NCBI GenBank assembly: GCA_017650925.1
Contig: JAGCDY010000085.1
Coordinates: forward strand, 174-64,173
DNA length: 64,000 bases
Direction: 5' to 3'
Source: a bacterium
GTDB taxonomy: Bacteria; Auribacterota; UBA3054
Part shown: in pieces, positions 17,211-26,816 of the stretch
How the letters are laid out: each line of letters begins with the position of its first letter
How positions within the stretch are numbered: position 1 is the first letter of the stretch
The notes under the pieces: generated by a model
Databases searched by the model: none
What the model saw: only the letters and a program-made list of their open reading frames with translations
What the model was told of the DNA's origin: nothing
Position numbers and translations under genes: made by a program

Positions 17211-18251
17211 TTAGTTGATGGTTGGGAAAGCGGGAAGATTCTGAAGCATCTCGGACTCGGACTGGGGCGTGGCTCCGGGAAGATCCTGAGCGGGGGCGAC
17301 GTTCAATCCGGTGGAGCCTCCGGGCTCATACTGCGGGATGTTGACTTCGGGGGGCTTGGGCAGCGGCATGGTGGATTCCATGATATTGTTGACCGTGGCG
17401 TTCAGCTGCTCGTCCTGGGAAAGCGGAGAACCGAAGTCTGTCGGGATCAGGGTAATGACGACGCGGCGGTTCAGGCGCTGGCCGTCGGCGGTGGCGTTGC
17501 TCGCGACAGGCCTATTGGCGGAATAGCCGGAGATGGCCATGCGCTTAGGATCGACGCCGCCCTGCTTCTCGAGGAAGTGTAGGACCGCCAAGCTTCTGGC
17601 CGCGGAGAGTTCCCAGTTGGACATGAAGTTGGAGCCTTCCGGCAATTCGTTGCTGTCCGTATGTCCTTCGATAGCGATGAGGAAGTTGGGATATTCGGAA
17701 TTAACCACGCGGCCGACTTCCTCAAGCACGGGGTAGACGGCTTCGCGGAGCTGGGCTCTGCCTTCGTCGAAAAGGACTTCCGAGAGCATCGTGATCTGCG
17801 TGGTGCCTTCCTTGGTCGTCTCGACCTGGACGTAGCGCCCGTCAGCCTGGATGTTGTTGGCCAGAACGTAGCTTTTGGCCACGATCTCTTCGTAGCGGGC
17901 GGCCATCATCTTGGTCCTGGCTTCCATCTTGGCAAGCTGCTTCTCGTATTTGGCCACGACCTTGGTGGAGACTTTCGCCTCGCCGCTGTACTTGTCTACG
18001 TCGGCGTAGTCTTCGAGCATGCGCGCGCGGTGGATCTCGTAGGCTTCGCCGGCGATCGCGCCGGTACGAAGACCCGCGCCGGCGCCAGCGCCAGCGCCGC
18101 TGGCGACGCCGACGCCTCCGCCGGCCGCGCCGATGCCGGCGCCCATACCGCCTCCGATTAGACCGCCTATCAGGCCGCCTCTTTGCATGGCGGTGCAGGC
18201 GCTAAGAAAAAGTGCCAGGATTGCTATTGTGGTAAGGGAAGATCTTTTCAT
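17211..18251 (-). CDS. OmpA/MotB-family peptidoglycan-binding lipoprotein with glycine-zipper and coiled-coil regions
   Basis: Lipobox LFLSAC and a Gly-rich zipper (GGLIGGLIGGGMGAGIGAAGGG). OmpA_C block: IAIEGHTDSNE..SNWELSAARSLAVLHFL..ISGYSANRPVASN..GQRLNRRVVI. Confidence 0.85.
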   Translation of the reverse strand: MKRSSLTTIAILALFLSACTAMQRGGLIGGLIGGGMGAGIGAAGGGVGVASGAGAGAGAGLRTGAIAGEAYEIHRARMLEDYADVDKYSGEAKVSTKVVAKYEKQLAKMEARTKMMAARYEEIVAKSYVLANNIQADGRYVQVETTKEGTTQITMLSEVLFDEGRAQLREAVYPVLEEVGRVVNSEYPNFLIAIEGHTDSNELPEGSNFMSNWELSAARSLAVLHFLEKQGGVDPKRMAISGYSANRPVASNATADGQRLNRRVVITLIPTDFGSPLSQDEQLNATVNNIMESTMPLPKPPEVNIPQYEPGGSTGLNVAPAQDLPGATPQSESEMLQNLPAFPTIN

Positions 18252-18901
18252 TCAGAGACCTCGCTTGTTTCTAACGTGGGCGCCCCGTCTTCCTTCGTCT
18301 CGTCTCCCTTCTTCAGAAGCCTGAAGATCGCGAAACAGCCGATGAGCAGCACAAGGAACGCTATGGTTAATATGTTGAAATATTTGTCGATGAATTGTTT
18401 TATTCTCTCGCCGAAGATCCTGATCAGTCCGGCCACCAGGAAGAAGCGCGCTGAGCGGCTGACGGCCGAGGCGATAAGGAAAGGCCAGAAGGCCATTCCG
18501 AAAACGCCTGAAACGATGGTGAAGATCTTATAGGGGATGGGCGTGAAACCGGCGGCGAAGACGCACAGAAAGCCGTACTGATCGTAGAGCGTTTTGACCG
18601 TGTCGAAGCTTTCGGGAGTGAAGCCGGGGACGTAGGCAAAAAAGAATGCGCTAGTCTTGCTCCACAAAAAGGCGCCTATCACGTAGCCCAAGACTCCGCC
18701 GAGCACCGAGGAAACCGAGCACCACAAGGCGTACCACAAGGCGCGCTTCGGTTTCGCCAGCGACATCGCTATGAGAAGAGGATCGGGCGGTATGGGAAAG
18801 AACGATGATTCTGAAAAGGAAAGCAGATTGAGAGCGAGGAGCGCATACGGCGAAGGGGCGCATCTCATCACCCAGTCGTAGATCCTACGCAAAAAGCTCA
18901 T
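18248..18901 (-). CDS. YqaA/DedA-superfamily membrane protein
   Basis: SESSFFPIPPDPLLIAM motif and about 5 TM helices. There is a 4-nt overlap with the downstream gene. Confidence 0.75.
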   Translation of the reverse strand: MSFLRRIYDWVMRCAPSPYALLALNLLSFSESSFFPIPPDPLLIAMSLAKPKRALWYALWCSVSSVLGGVLGYVIGAFLWSKTSAFFFAYVPGFTPESFDTVKTLYDQYGFLCVFAAGFTPIPYKIFTIVSGVFGMAFWPFLIASAVSRSARFFLVAGLIRIFGERIKQFIDKYFNILTIAFLVLLIGCFAIFRLLKKGDETKEDGAPTLETSEVSE

Positions 18902-19282
18902 TCAGTCTTTCTTTTCAAAAACGGCTATGGGATTGACCCTGAAACGGAAAGTCATCTCCGTGTCATTCACCTTCAGGCTCAGAAGCGAATTGAGCCTGGT
19001 CAGGAGAAGCTGATAGGGGATCTTGACTTCCTCCTCTCCGACCTTTATGCCTATGCTAGCCTGGCCAAGAAGATCGCGCGATTCGTAGACCGTTTCGAGC
19101 AGCTTGCTGAAACGCTTGATCTGATCGGCCAGTTCGGGTGTGAAGGAATACGTTTTGCCGCATTCCTTGCAGGTCAAGAGAGTGTCGGGGTTGAGATCCA
19201 GAAGAGAGAACTCCACGGCGTGGCCGCAGCCGACGCAGTTGAGTTCGATCTTGTGGGCGTCAGTATAATTTTCCGTGTTCAT
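18902..19282 (-). CDS. Small zinc-ribbon protein, unknown function
   Basis: CVGC...(17 aa)...CKEC pair near the N-terminus. It abuts yqaA with no gap and has its own extended -10 element upstream. Confidence 0.55.
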   Translation of the reverse strand: MNTENYTDAHKIELNCVGCGHAVEFSLLDLNPDTLLTCKECGKTYSFTPELADQIKRFSKLLETVYESRDLLGQASIGIKVGEEEVKIPYQLLLTRLNSLLSLKVNDTEMTFRFRVNPIAVFEKKD

Positions 19283-19307
19283 GGTGTCCTATTTTGTTTT
19301 ATAGATG

Positions 19308-19316
19308 ATTATACCA
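19308..19316 (-). promoter_or_regulatory. Extended -10 promoter element TGGTATAAT (- strand) upstream of 18902..19282
   Basis: The + strand reads attatacca. It lies about 26 nt upstream of the ATG. The same element recurs at 47017, 47042 and 57038. Confidence 0.5.
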
Positions 19317-19340
19317 TTTTCTAACTTTTTTTGTTGGCAA

Positions 19341-19367
19341 TAAAAAAAGACACCCTCGCGGGTGTCT
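19341..19367 (-). terminator. Rho-independent terminator after tRNA-Glu
   Basis: On the - strand: agacaccc gcga gggtgtct followed by ttttttta. It starts 8 nt after the tRNA 3' end. Confidence 0.8.
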
Positions 19368-19374
19368 TGAGTTT

Positions 19375-19450
19375 TGGCGCTCCATAGGAGAATCGAACTC
19401 CTGTTTTGTGGATGAGAACCACATGTCCTAGGCCACTAGACGAAAGGAGC
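19375..19450 (-). tRNA. tRNA-Glu (anticodon CUC), CCA encoded
   Basis: Folded by hand. Reverse complement: GCTCCTT TC GTCT AGTGGCCTA GGAC A TGTGG TTCTCAT CCACA AAAC AGGAG TTCGATT CTCCT ATGGAGC G CCA. 76 nt, with one U-U mismatch in the acceptor stem. Confidence 0.85.
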
Positions 19451-19460
19451 AAATGTTTTT

Positions 19461-19631
19461 TTACTGTTCGCTGATGGCTCCGGCGGGGCAAACGCTGGCG
19501 CAAAGGCCGCAGGAAACGCACTTCTCCGGATCGATATGGTACTGGCCTTCGCCTTCCGCGATGGCGCCCTGGGGGCACTCGGAAGCGCAGGCGCCGCAGC
19601 TGAGGCAGTCTGAACTGATTTTGTAAGCCAT
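19461..19631 (-). CDS. Clostridial-type 2x[4Fe-4S] ferredoxin (56 aa; below the ORF-track length cut-off)
   Basis: My own translation is MAYKISSDCLSCGACASECPQGAIAEGEGQYHIDPEKCVSCGLCASVCPAGAISEQ*. It contains two CxxCxxCxxxCP motifs. SD aggag lies 6 nt upstream of the ATG. Confidence 0.85.
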   Translation of the reverse strand: MAYKISSDCLSCGACASECPQGAIAEGEGQYHIDPEKCVSCGLCASVCPAGAISEQ

Positions 19632-19691
19632 GTTTTCTCCTAATGGTTTGGTTAAAATATCAACGGTAGGGAAATGGTATCAGAAATGCGG

Positions 19692-20813
19692 TCAAAAGTA
19701 AAGGCTCAAGGTCTTTTCGTAGACTTTTCTCGTCTCGCGGGCGCAGCGTCCCCAGGAAAAAAGCTTCGACCTCTCCAAAGCCGCCGAGGAGAGTTTCGCC
19801 CTCAGCTCTTCATCGTAAAAAAGGTCGAGCATCGCTTTCGTCCAGCTACTTTCGTCATCGCAGGGTAGGAGGAGTCCGGCGTCGCCCACGACTTCCGGAA
19901 GCGAGGTGGAATCCGAGACCGCGACAGGGGCGCCTTCGCCCATGGCCTCCAGGACGGGAAGCCCGAAACCCTCGTATTTTGAGGGGAAGAGGAAGGCCGT
20001 TGCGTTCCTGTAATAGTGCGGCAGATCATCGAGGGGGACGTAGCCCTTGGCGATGACGTGGTCTGAAAGATCGTTTTCCCTGATGGCCGCGAATATCTCG
20101 TCGGAGAGCCAGGTGGGGGAGCCCGCCAGCACCAGTTTCGGCAGGTCCTTTTCCTTCCTTCTGGCGGCGGCGTAGGCTCTCAGGAGCATCGGCAGATTCT
20201 TTCTCGGTTCGAGATTCCCCAGATAAAGGAAATATTTCTCCGGCAGACCGCCTTTGAAATCAGGGTTCGGCTCGGTAAATTCCAGTCCGCCCAGATAGAT
20301 CGTCGTCACTTTCTCTTCCGGAACGCCGTACAGATCGACCAGTTCTTTTTTGGAGAACTCGCTTATGGTGATGAAATGGCTGGCGTTTTTCAATCGCTTC
20401 GCGAAGTAGCTCTCAAAGTAAGCTCTGCGGTCCTTGGGATGCGTTTCCGGATATCTGATGAGCGACATGTCGAAGACGGTCACGACCTGGGGCCCTGAGT
20501 ACGGAAGGGGAACGTAATTCATCTCATGATAAATGTCGGCCCCTATTTTGGGCGCCCCATGCTTGAAAAAGAATTCTTTTATAGGCTGCGTTATGCGGTA
20601 GGGCTTGGGAAAGCATTTTTTCAACACCTTCCTCACGCCGGCGTCAAAAGAAGGCGCCGCCTCCAGGATCTCCCTGGAAAAGCGGCGTCCGTAAAAATAG
20701 ACGTGGTCGTCTTCGGGATATTCCCGACTCATCGCCTTGAGAAGGTTCAGGGTATAGTATCCGACCCCCGATTTGGGAGCAAGCAGCGGGAATGCGTCGA
20801 AGAGAACTCGCAT
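19692..20813 (-). CDS. Glycosyltransferase family 4
   Basis: YEGFGLPVLEAMGEGAPVAVSDSTSLPEV (E-x7-E) and a typical GT-B layout. Confidence 0.85.
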   Translation of the reverse strand: MRVLFDAFPLLAPKSGVGYYTLNLLKAMSREYPEDDHVYFYGRRFSREILEAAPSFDAGVRKVLKKCFPKPYRITQPIKEFFFKHGAPKIGADIYHEMNYVPLPYSGPQVVTVFDMSLIRYPETHPKDRRAYFESYFAKRLKNASHFITISEFSKKELVDLYGVPEEKVTTIYLGGLEFTEPNPDFKGGLPEKYFLYLGNLEPRKNLPMLLRAYAAARRKEKDLPKLVLAGSPTWLSDEIFAAIRENDLSDHVIAKGYVPLDDLPHYYRNATAFLFPSKYEGFGLPVLEAMGEGAPVAVSDSTSLPEVVGDAGLLLPCDDESSWTKAMLDLFYDEELRAKLSSAALERSKLFSWGRCARETRKVYEKTLSLYF

Positions 20814-20814
20814 A

Positions 20815-23379
20815 TCACTGCGGGAGTTCCAGCTCGAAATTGCTCATCTCTTTCAGCGTCTCGTCCAGCTCCTCTTCGCCGACCTTTTCGCCGAAGATGG
20901 TGTCTTTGGGAACGTCGATCTCCTTTTTGGTCTCCTCCTTCACTTCCAGAACTGGCGCGGCAGGCTCCTCGTCCTGCTCTTCAGTTTCCTCGGTTTCGTC
21001 CTCGATGATGTCGAGGTCCTCTTCCGAGGGAAGAGTCTGCTTTTCATGGAAAGTCACTTTTCCTATGAAGGCGCCGACCTGGTAGGTCTGGTTGGTGAGG
21101 TTCGGATAGTATTCGGCGGGAACGAAGGTGGCGCTGTTTCTGATCTCCACCACGATGTAATCCTGTTCCTGGAAGAGAGCCCTGATCTGGGAAGTGCGTC
21201 CGAGATCGTATTCGAGCGTCTTGAGGCAGCTGTTGGTGAAGCAGAACTTCATGGCCGGCTCGCTCTCAACGAGGACTTCCACCTCGACGGGTTCGTCGGG
21301 GGAGAGCTTGGGATGGGCGCAGGCGGCTTCCAGGCGCATCACGCGCTTGCCCTTTTCAGGCTTGATGATCATGAAGGAGGACTTGTCGCTCCAGCGGCCC
21401 ATCTGGTTGTAGACGAAACCGAGCTCATGCTTGGCGTATACCTGGGAAGTTTCCTCCTCGGTCAGGTCGGCGCCCTTTATGGATTCCAGTCTGGCGACGG
21501 CGGCGTCGAGAGAATGTTTCTCGTTGTGATGCGAGACGATCTTCGGCCAGAAGACGGCTACAGTCCCGAGAAGGACGAGAGCGAGAAGCAGGATGTAAAA
21601 GACCTTGAAGGTCGGCTGATAATCGCGGTTGGTGGTCGCGGCGTTGACCATGATGAGGCCGCAGAGGAACCAGTAGAGCGCGGCGATCTGGTATTGGCTG
21701 AAGGAATTCTCGAAGAGGCAGCCGAAGACCAGGAAAGCGAACATCCAGGCCAGGACTCTGGAAGTCCTCGGCGATATGCTGTGCTCGACCGTGCCGAAGG
21801 CCACGCTGATGGTGATTATGGTGATCATCAAGAGCGCTGCGAAGCCGAATATGCCCTGATCCACCAGAGCCTGCAGGAAGATGTTTCCGGCGCCGGACCT
21901 GGACTCTTTCACGTATTTGGGCTGGTAGGTGCGGTAGAAACGCTTGAAGTTGTTCGGACCGCAGCCCAGTGCCAGATAATCCCAGTTGCCGTTCTTGGGT
22001 CTGAAGAAATTAAAGACGGTGATCCAGTCGGCGGACTTGTGATTCGTTTTGGCGTAAAGCTTGGACTCGAAGTCGGACTTTTTCGGACCGGTCACGTCAG
22101 GGTCTTCCTCAAAGAGAGACTGCTTGAAACTGTCTATCTGGTTCGCCACGGAGGTGGCGAGGCTGTTGTGGAAGAGGCCCAAAGGCTTTCCGGAGGGGTT
22201 GTCGACGTCTTTTGAAGCGCTGAAATTGCCATTCTTGGTGTTGTTTTTGGTCGAGAGCAGTTCCGCTTTGTCAACATTCAGGTAAGAACCGACGGCGAAA
22301 AGCACGAAGCAGGCCAAAAGGGTCCCGACAAAGACCGGAGGAATGATCTTTCCGCCGCGGAAAGCCTTGACGAGCGTAACTATGAAGAAGACCAGCAATA
22401 TGACCGCCGAGAAGAGCAGGATGACTTTCGAGCCGGCCAAAAAGATGCCCAGAAGGAAAAGCAGAATGACGGCCACGCCGCAGAAGGCCGGGACTATTCC
22501 AGCGAAGAGGAGCCCCAGGCCGATGGGGAGAAGTGTGAACAAAAAGACGCCCCAGGAGTTCGGCTCGACAAAGGTCGCATGGATCTCCCTGGTGTAGCGG
22601 TAGACGTAATTGGAGAAACCCGTCAGGGAGAGACGCTGAACGACGCCCACAAAGACCGATCCAACGCCCAGGAGCAAAAGAAGCCCGAGATAGAATTTGA
22701 TGTGCTTCTCAGACCAGACCTCGTTGATGACAACGGTGTAAAGCGCGATGAGCTCTATGGCCAGCGTGGCGTTCCTCAAGGCCTGCAGATTGGCGGCCTC
22801 TACTCTCTTGAAGAAAGGATAGGGGAAGGAGCAGAAAACATGCTGGATCTTACCGAGGAAGCCCGGCATGAAAATGTTGTCCAGGGCGATGGCGGCGTAG
22901 ATGCCGGCAATGATCGCGGTGAGCCCGAAGATGAAGATCGGGAAGTTCATCTGCCTGGCGGTCCTGGCCCTGTTGACCTCGAAATCGAGCTCGGGATTGC
23001 CGAAGAAGCGCGTCAGCGCCCAGGCCGCGAAGAGACCCAATAGCACGCACTCGTAGGGGACTTTGGCCAACTGGAAGAACTTCATCGACTGCCCGACCGG
23101 GACGGCGCTGGACAAAAAGGTCTCGAACCCCAGCTTCGAGCAGACCAGGTAGAGCATATGGTCGAAGATCGCCATATTCCCGAAGAAGAATATGAAAACT
23201 ACGGTCAGGGCCAGGGCGAAGCGCAGGTGTATGAGCCCGACCACCAGAGTCAAACACATCACCGTCAGAGGGATGTAATTGGCCACGACCTTGAAGGAAG
23301 CGGGGTCGGTGAAGGTCCACAGAGAGGACCCGAAATAGACGCAGAACGCCAGCGCGATGAGAAGGAATATGTTACGCAT
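20815..23379 (-). CDS. Large O-antigen-ligase/polymerase-like (Wzy_C-type) membrane protein with extra C-terminal soluble domain and acidic tail
   Basis: More than 12 TM helices. Ligase-like loops REIHATFVEPNSWGVFLF and SGAGNIFLQALVDQGIFGFAALL. A C-terminal region of about 270 aa is non-membrane and ends in an E/D-rich tail. Confidence 0.55.
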   Translation of the reverse strand: MRNIFLLIALAFCVYFGSSLWTFTDPASFKVVANYIPLTVMCLTLVVGLIHLRFALALTVVFIFFFGNMAIFDHMLYLVCSKLGFETFLSSAVPVGQSMKFFQLAKVPYECVLLGLFAAWALTRFFGNPELDFEVNRARTARQMNFPIFIFGLTAIIAGIYAAIALDNIFMPGFLGKIQHVFCSFPYPFFKRVEAANLQALRNATLAIELIALYTVVINEVWSEKHIKFYLGLLLLLGVGSVFVGVVQRLSLTGFSNYVYRYTREIHATFVEPNSWGVFLFTLLPIGLGLLFAGIVPAFCGVAVILLFLLGIFLAGSKVILLFSAVILLVFFIVTLVKAFRGGKIIPPVFVGTLLACFVLFAVGSYLNVDKAELLSTKNNTKNGNFSASKDVDNPSGKPLGLFHNSLATSVANQIDSFKQSLFEEDPDVTGPKKSDFESKLYAKTNHKSADWITVFNFFRPKNGNWDYLALGCGPNNFKRFYRTYQPKYVKESRSGAGNIFLQALVDQGIFGFAALLMITIITISVAFGTVEHSISPRTSRVLAWMFAFLVFGCLFENSFSQYQIAALYWFLCGLIMVNAATTNRDYQPTFKVFYILLLALVLLGTVAVFWPKIVSHHNEKHSLDAAVARLESIKGADLTEEETSQVYAKHELGFVYNQMGRWSDKSSFMIIKPEKGKRVMRLEAACAHPKLSPDEPVEVEVLVESEPAMKFCFTNSCLKTLEYDLGRTSQIRALFQEQDYIVVEIRNSATFVPAEYYPNLTNQTYQVGAFIGKVTFHEKQTLPSEEDLDIIEDETEETEEQDEEPAAPVLEVKEETKKEIDVPKDTIFGEKVGEEELDETLKEMSNFELELPQ

Positions 23380-23442
23380 CTTATAAGACCTTAATTTTTA
23401 TTATTTACCAAATTATTCTTTTTTCATTCTATCAAAAAGCTC

Positions 23443-25014
23443 CTATCTCTGTAAAGCCCGCCTGCAGCGCGGAATGACCTCGTCAACAATGAAGCTGCGG
23501 TCGTCTTTATGCATGGTCAAAGCGGTCGCGGGGATATAGATAAGAGCGTAAAGCGCTCCGGAAAGGGCAAGCTGGAAGGCCCAATGGGTGAAAAAGCGGG
23601 TGTCGGGCAGGACCGCGTTCACGTATGTAAAGGCGAAATAGGCCAAAACGCCGCAGATGGCGGCCGTCAGGGATATGGTGAGCGTGGAGAGGCTGAAGGG
23701 CTGGGATTTGACGAAGAAAGCCGTGCAGATGACCGCCAGGCCGTTCCTGATCGTTATGGCCGCCAAAGTCGCCAACGCCGCGCCAACCATGGCGTAGGGG
23801 GGTATAAGCAGAAGGTTCAGCAGAAGGTTGGCGAAGACTGCCAGAATATTGATGTAGAGTATCATTCTGGAATAGCCCGACATTATCATCATCGTTCCCG
23901 AATGTCCCGCCAGGGTGCTGACGATCTGGGCGCAGACCAGTATCCTCAGGGTAGTGAGAAGCATCGGGTCGGGTCTCAGGTGGAAAACGGAAAGGATCTG
24001 GGCGGGGAAGAGCAGCATCATTCCCGCGGCCGGGAGCGTTACGTAGAGCATCCAGCGCGTGACGGTCTTGTAAAGCTCGTTCATGCGGCGATAATCCTTT
24101 TCCTTGCTGATCTTGGCGATCATGGGCGCGAAAAGCGAGGAGTAGGCCAGAAGGATGTTGGCTATGATGAGCGTCGAGATGCCGGCCGCGTTGTATTGGG
24201 ACACGTAGTTTTCCGCGTTGTGGAAATAGCCGAGCATCATGATGTCGCATTTCTTCATGAAGACCAGAATGGCGGCCTGCAGGACGAGAGGAATGGAAAA
24301 CAGAAAGAGCGCGCGCCGGTCGTAATTAGGGGAATATTCCTTGAGTTTCGGCGCCGCCAGGGCGTGGCACCTTATCGAGATGACGAAGGAAAGAAGGTTG
24401 ACCAATACCATGCCGCAGGCCAGACCCATGATGCGGTTTTCGCTGCGGGGGAGGAACCCGACCAGCAAAACGACCGCAAGCCAGCCGAATTTCTGGCAGA
24501 GCGTCTCGATCCAAACGGAGTGGCGGATGTCGTTCAGGGCCCTCAAAACGGCAAGCGAGATGGTCGTGAGCGCTATGGGGATAAGGTAAAGGGAAAGAGA
24601 GCGCAAGACCCGGCAGAGCAGCCGGACGGACTCTTCGTCTTTCAAGTAATGGTTGGCGATATGGGGCGCCAGGAAGTAGACGCACGCGATCATGACGATC
24701 GAAGCGGCGAAGGAGAGCTGGAAGGCCCCCTTTATGACGCCCTTGATGCGTCCCCAGTCCTTGTCGACCCAGTGTACGCCAATAAAACGCTGGACGCCGT
24801 CGGAAAGGCCGAGCCGCGCGAAAGGCTCAAGGATCGCGAAGAAAGAGAAGGCTATGATCCAGATGTTGAGTTCGGAAGAGGCCTGGGAGTGGTCGAAACG
24901 CCAGTAGAGAATGACGTTCGTAAGGAGTCCCATCAGGGTGGACAGGACGTACCCGAACATCGAGAACCCCGCGCCCAGGGCCACGGTCTTTTTTTCCTGA
25001 ACGTATTTCTGCAT
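23443..25014 (-). CDS. MOP-superfamily polysaccharide/oligosaccharide flippase (Wzx-like)
   Basis: 523 aa with about 14 TM helices. N-terminus typical of polysaccharide biosynthesis proteins. The ATG abuts the lepA stop (TAGATG). Confidence 0.6.
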   Translation of the reverse strand: MQKYVQEKKTVALGAGFSMFGYVLSTLMGLLTNVILYWRFDHSQASSELNIWIIAFSFFAILEPFARLGLSDGVQRFIGVHWVDKDWGRIKGVIKGAFQLSFAASIVMIACVYFLAPHIANHYLKDEESVRLLCRVLRSLSLYLIPIALTTISLAVLRALNDIRHSVWIETLCQKFGWLAVVLLVGFLPRSENRIMGLACGMVLVNLLSFVISIRCHALAAPKLKEYSPNYDRRALFLFSIPLVLQAAILVFMKKCDIMMLGYFHNAENYVSQYNAAGISTLIIANILLAYSSLFAPMIAKISKEKDYRRMNELYKTVTRWMLYVTLPAAGMMLLFPAQILSVFHLRPDPMLLTTLRILVCAQIVSTLAGHSGTMMIMSGYSRMILYINILAVFANLLLNLLLIPPYAMVGAALATLAAITIRNGLAVICTAFFVKSQPFSLSTLTISLTAAICGVLAYFAFTYVNAVLPDTRFFTHWAFQLALSGALYALIYIPATALTMHKDDRSFIVDEVIPRCRRALQR

Positions 25015-26811
25015 CTAGTCTTCCGCTTTCAATACCTCTATGAAGGCTTTCTGGGGGATGAAGACCTTGCCGATCTGCTTCATCTTCTTCTTGCCTTCCT
25101 TCTGTTTTTCCAAAAGTTTGCGTTTTCTGGTGATGTCGCCGCCGTAGCACTTGGCCAGGACGTCTTTTCTCAAGGCGTTTATGGTCTCCCTGGCTATGAC
25201 CTTGCCGCCCACGGCCGCCTGAATCGCGATGGCGAACTGCTGCCTCGGCAAAACATCCTTCAGCCTTTCCGCCAGCATGCGCCCCTTGGGATAGGCCCTG
25301 TCGCGGTGCACGATCATGGAGAAGGCGTCGACGGGCTCGCCGTTCAGAAGCAGGTCGAGCTTGACGAGGTCGCCCTCCCTGAAGCCGATGGGCTCGTAAT
25401 CCATGCTGCCGTATCCGCTCGTCATATTCTTTATTTTGTCGTAGAAATCCGTGATGATCTCGTTAAGCGGCATGTCGAAGTGCAGAACGCAGCGCATGGG
25501 GTCCAGCGTCTCCGTGCCCTTCATCTCGCCCCTGCGGTCCAGCGCCAGCTGCATGATGACGCCGATGCGGTCCTGCGGGGTTATGATGTTGACGGAAACG
25601 AATGGTTCTTCGGCGGTCAATATCTCGCTCGGATCGGGGAAGCGCAGGGGGTTGTCTATCTCAAGGACGGTGCCATCCTTTTTCGTGATGCGATAAATTA
25701 CGCTGGGCGTCGTAGCGATGAGGTTCATGTTGAACTCTCTGTCCAGCCTTTCCTGGATGACGTCCATGTGCAGGAGACCCAAAAAGCCGCAGCGGAAGCC
25801 GAAGCCCAAGGCAATGGAGGTCTCCGGCTCGTAGGTAAAGGAGGCGTCGTTCAGCCTCAGCCTTTCAAGCGCTTTTTTGAAATCCTCGTAATCGCTGGTG
25901 TCGACGGGATAGAAGCCCGAGAAGAGCATGGGCTTGAATTCCTTGAAACCGGGCAGCGGTTCCGGCGCCGGATCGTCGGCGATCGTCACGGTGTCGCCGA
26001 CTCTGACGTGCGAAGCGTCCCTTATTAGCGCCGTGAAGTAGCCGACTTCGCCGGGTTTTATCTCGTCGACCGCCTTCATGTGCGGCGTGAAAGTGCCGAC
26101 TTCTATGACTTCGTATTCCAGGCCGTTCGACATGAAGCGGACCTTCGTGCCTTTTTTGATCGCGCCCGAGAAAACGCGTCCGTAAACGATGACGCCCCTG
26201 TAGGGATCGTAAACGGAGTCGAAGATCAGCCATCTGAGCTTGTCGTCCACCGGTTCCTTCGGCGGGGGAACGTCCTTTATGATGTGCTCTAAGAGCGTTT
26301 CCAGTCCTTCGCCGGTCTTGCTGCTGACTTTCAGTATCTCGTCTTTTGTCCCGCCGATCAGATCGATGATCTGCTGGGAGCAGTAATCCACGTCGGCGCT
26401 GGGAAGGTCGATCTTGTTCAGCACCGGAATGATGTTCAGATCGTGGTCCAGGGCCATCCTGACGTTGGCGACCGTCTGGGCCTGTACGCCCTGGGAGGCG
26501 TCCACGAGAAGGATGGCGCCCTCGCAGGCCGCCAGGCTCCTGGAGACCTCGTAGGAGAAGTCCACGTGCCCCGGAGTGTCGATAAGATTCAGAATGTATG
26601 TCTGGCCGTCCGGGGCGGTGTAATTGAGGCGCACGGGATGGGACTTTATGGTGATGCCGCGCTCCCTTTCGAGATCCATGTCGTCAAGGGCCTGGTCGAC
26701 CATCTCTCTTTTGGCGACCGCGCCGGTCAGTTCCAAAAAGCGGTCGGACAAAGTCGTTTTGCCGTGGTCGATGTGGGCTATGATGCAAAAGTTGCGGATA
26801 TTTGAGAGCAT
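25015..26811 (-). CDS. lepA: Translation elongation factor 4 (LepA)
   Basis: IRNFCIIAHIDHGKTTLSDR, DTPGHVDF and NKIDL GTPase motifs. C-terminal LepA-specific region ...CYGGDITRKRKLLEKQKEGKKKMK. Confidence 0.97.
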   Translation of the reverse strand: MLSNIRNFCIIAHIDHGKTTLSDRFLELTGAVAKREMVDQALDDMDLERERGITIKSHPVRLNYTAPDGQTYILNLIDTPGHVDFSYEVSRSLAACEGAILLVDASQGVQAQTVANVRMALDHDLNIIPVLNKIDLPSADVDYCSQQIIDLIGGTKDEILKVSSKTGEGLETLLEHIIKDVPPPKEPVDDKLRWLIFDSVYDPYRGVIVYGRVFSGAIKKGTKVRFMSNGLEYEVIEVGTFTPHMKAVDEIKPGEVGYFTALIRDASHVRVGDTVTIADDPAPEPLPGFKEFKPMLFSGFYPVDTSDYEDFKKALERLRLNDASFTYEPETSIALGFGFRCGFLGLLHMDVIQERLDREFNMNLIATTPSVIYRITKKDGTVLEIDNPLRFPDPSEILTAEEPFVSVNIITPQDRIGVIMQLALDRRGEMKGTETLDPMRCVLHFDMPLNEIITDFYDKIKNMTSGYGSMDYEPIGFREGDLVKLDLLLNGEPVDAFSMIVHRDRAYPKGRMLAERLKDVLPRQQFAIAIQAAVGGKVIARETINALRKDVLAKCYGGDITRKRKLLEKQKEGKKKMKQIGKVFIPQKAFIEVLKAED

Positions 26812-26816
26812 ATTCG

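Noticed and set aside
19283-19460. A genomic island or integrated element at tRNA-Glu, and likewise at tRNA-His (57129..57206).
   Set aside because: There is no integrase, transposase or phage gene nearby, and I noticed no direct repeat of the tRNA 3' end. The flanking genes are ordinary chromosomal genes.
23509-26028. An 839-aa + strand ORF running antisense across the flippase and lepA.
   Set aside because: It spans two unrelated, confidently identified - strand genes. LepA is unmistakable. The product is low-complexity and Arg/Gly/Asp-rich.
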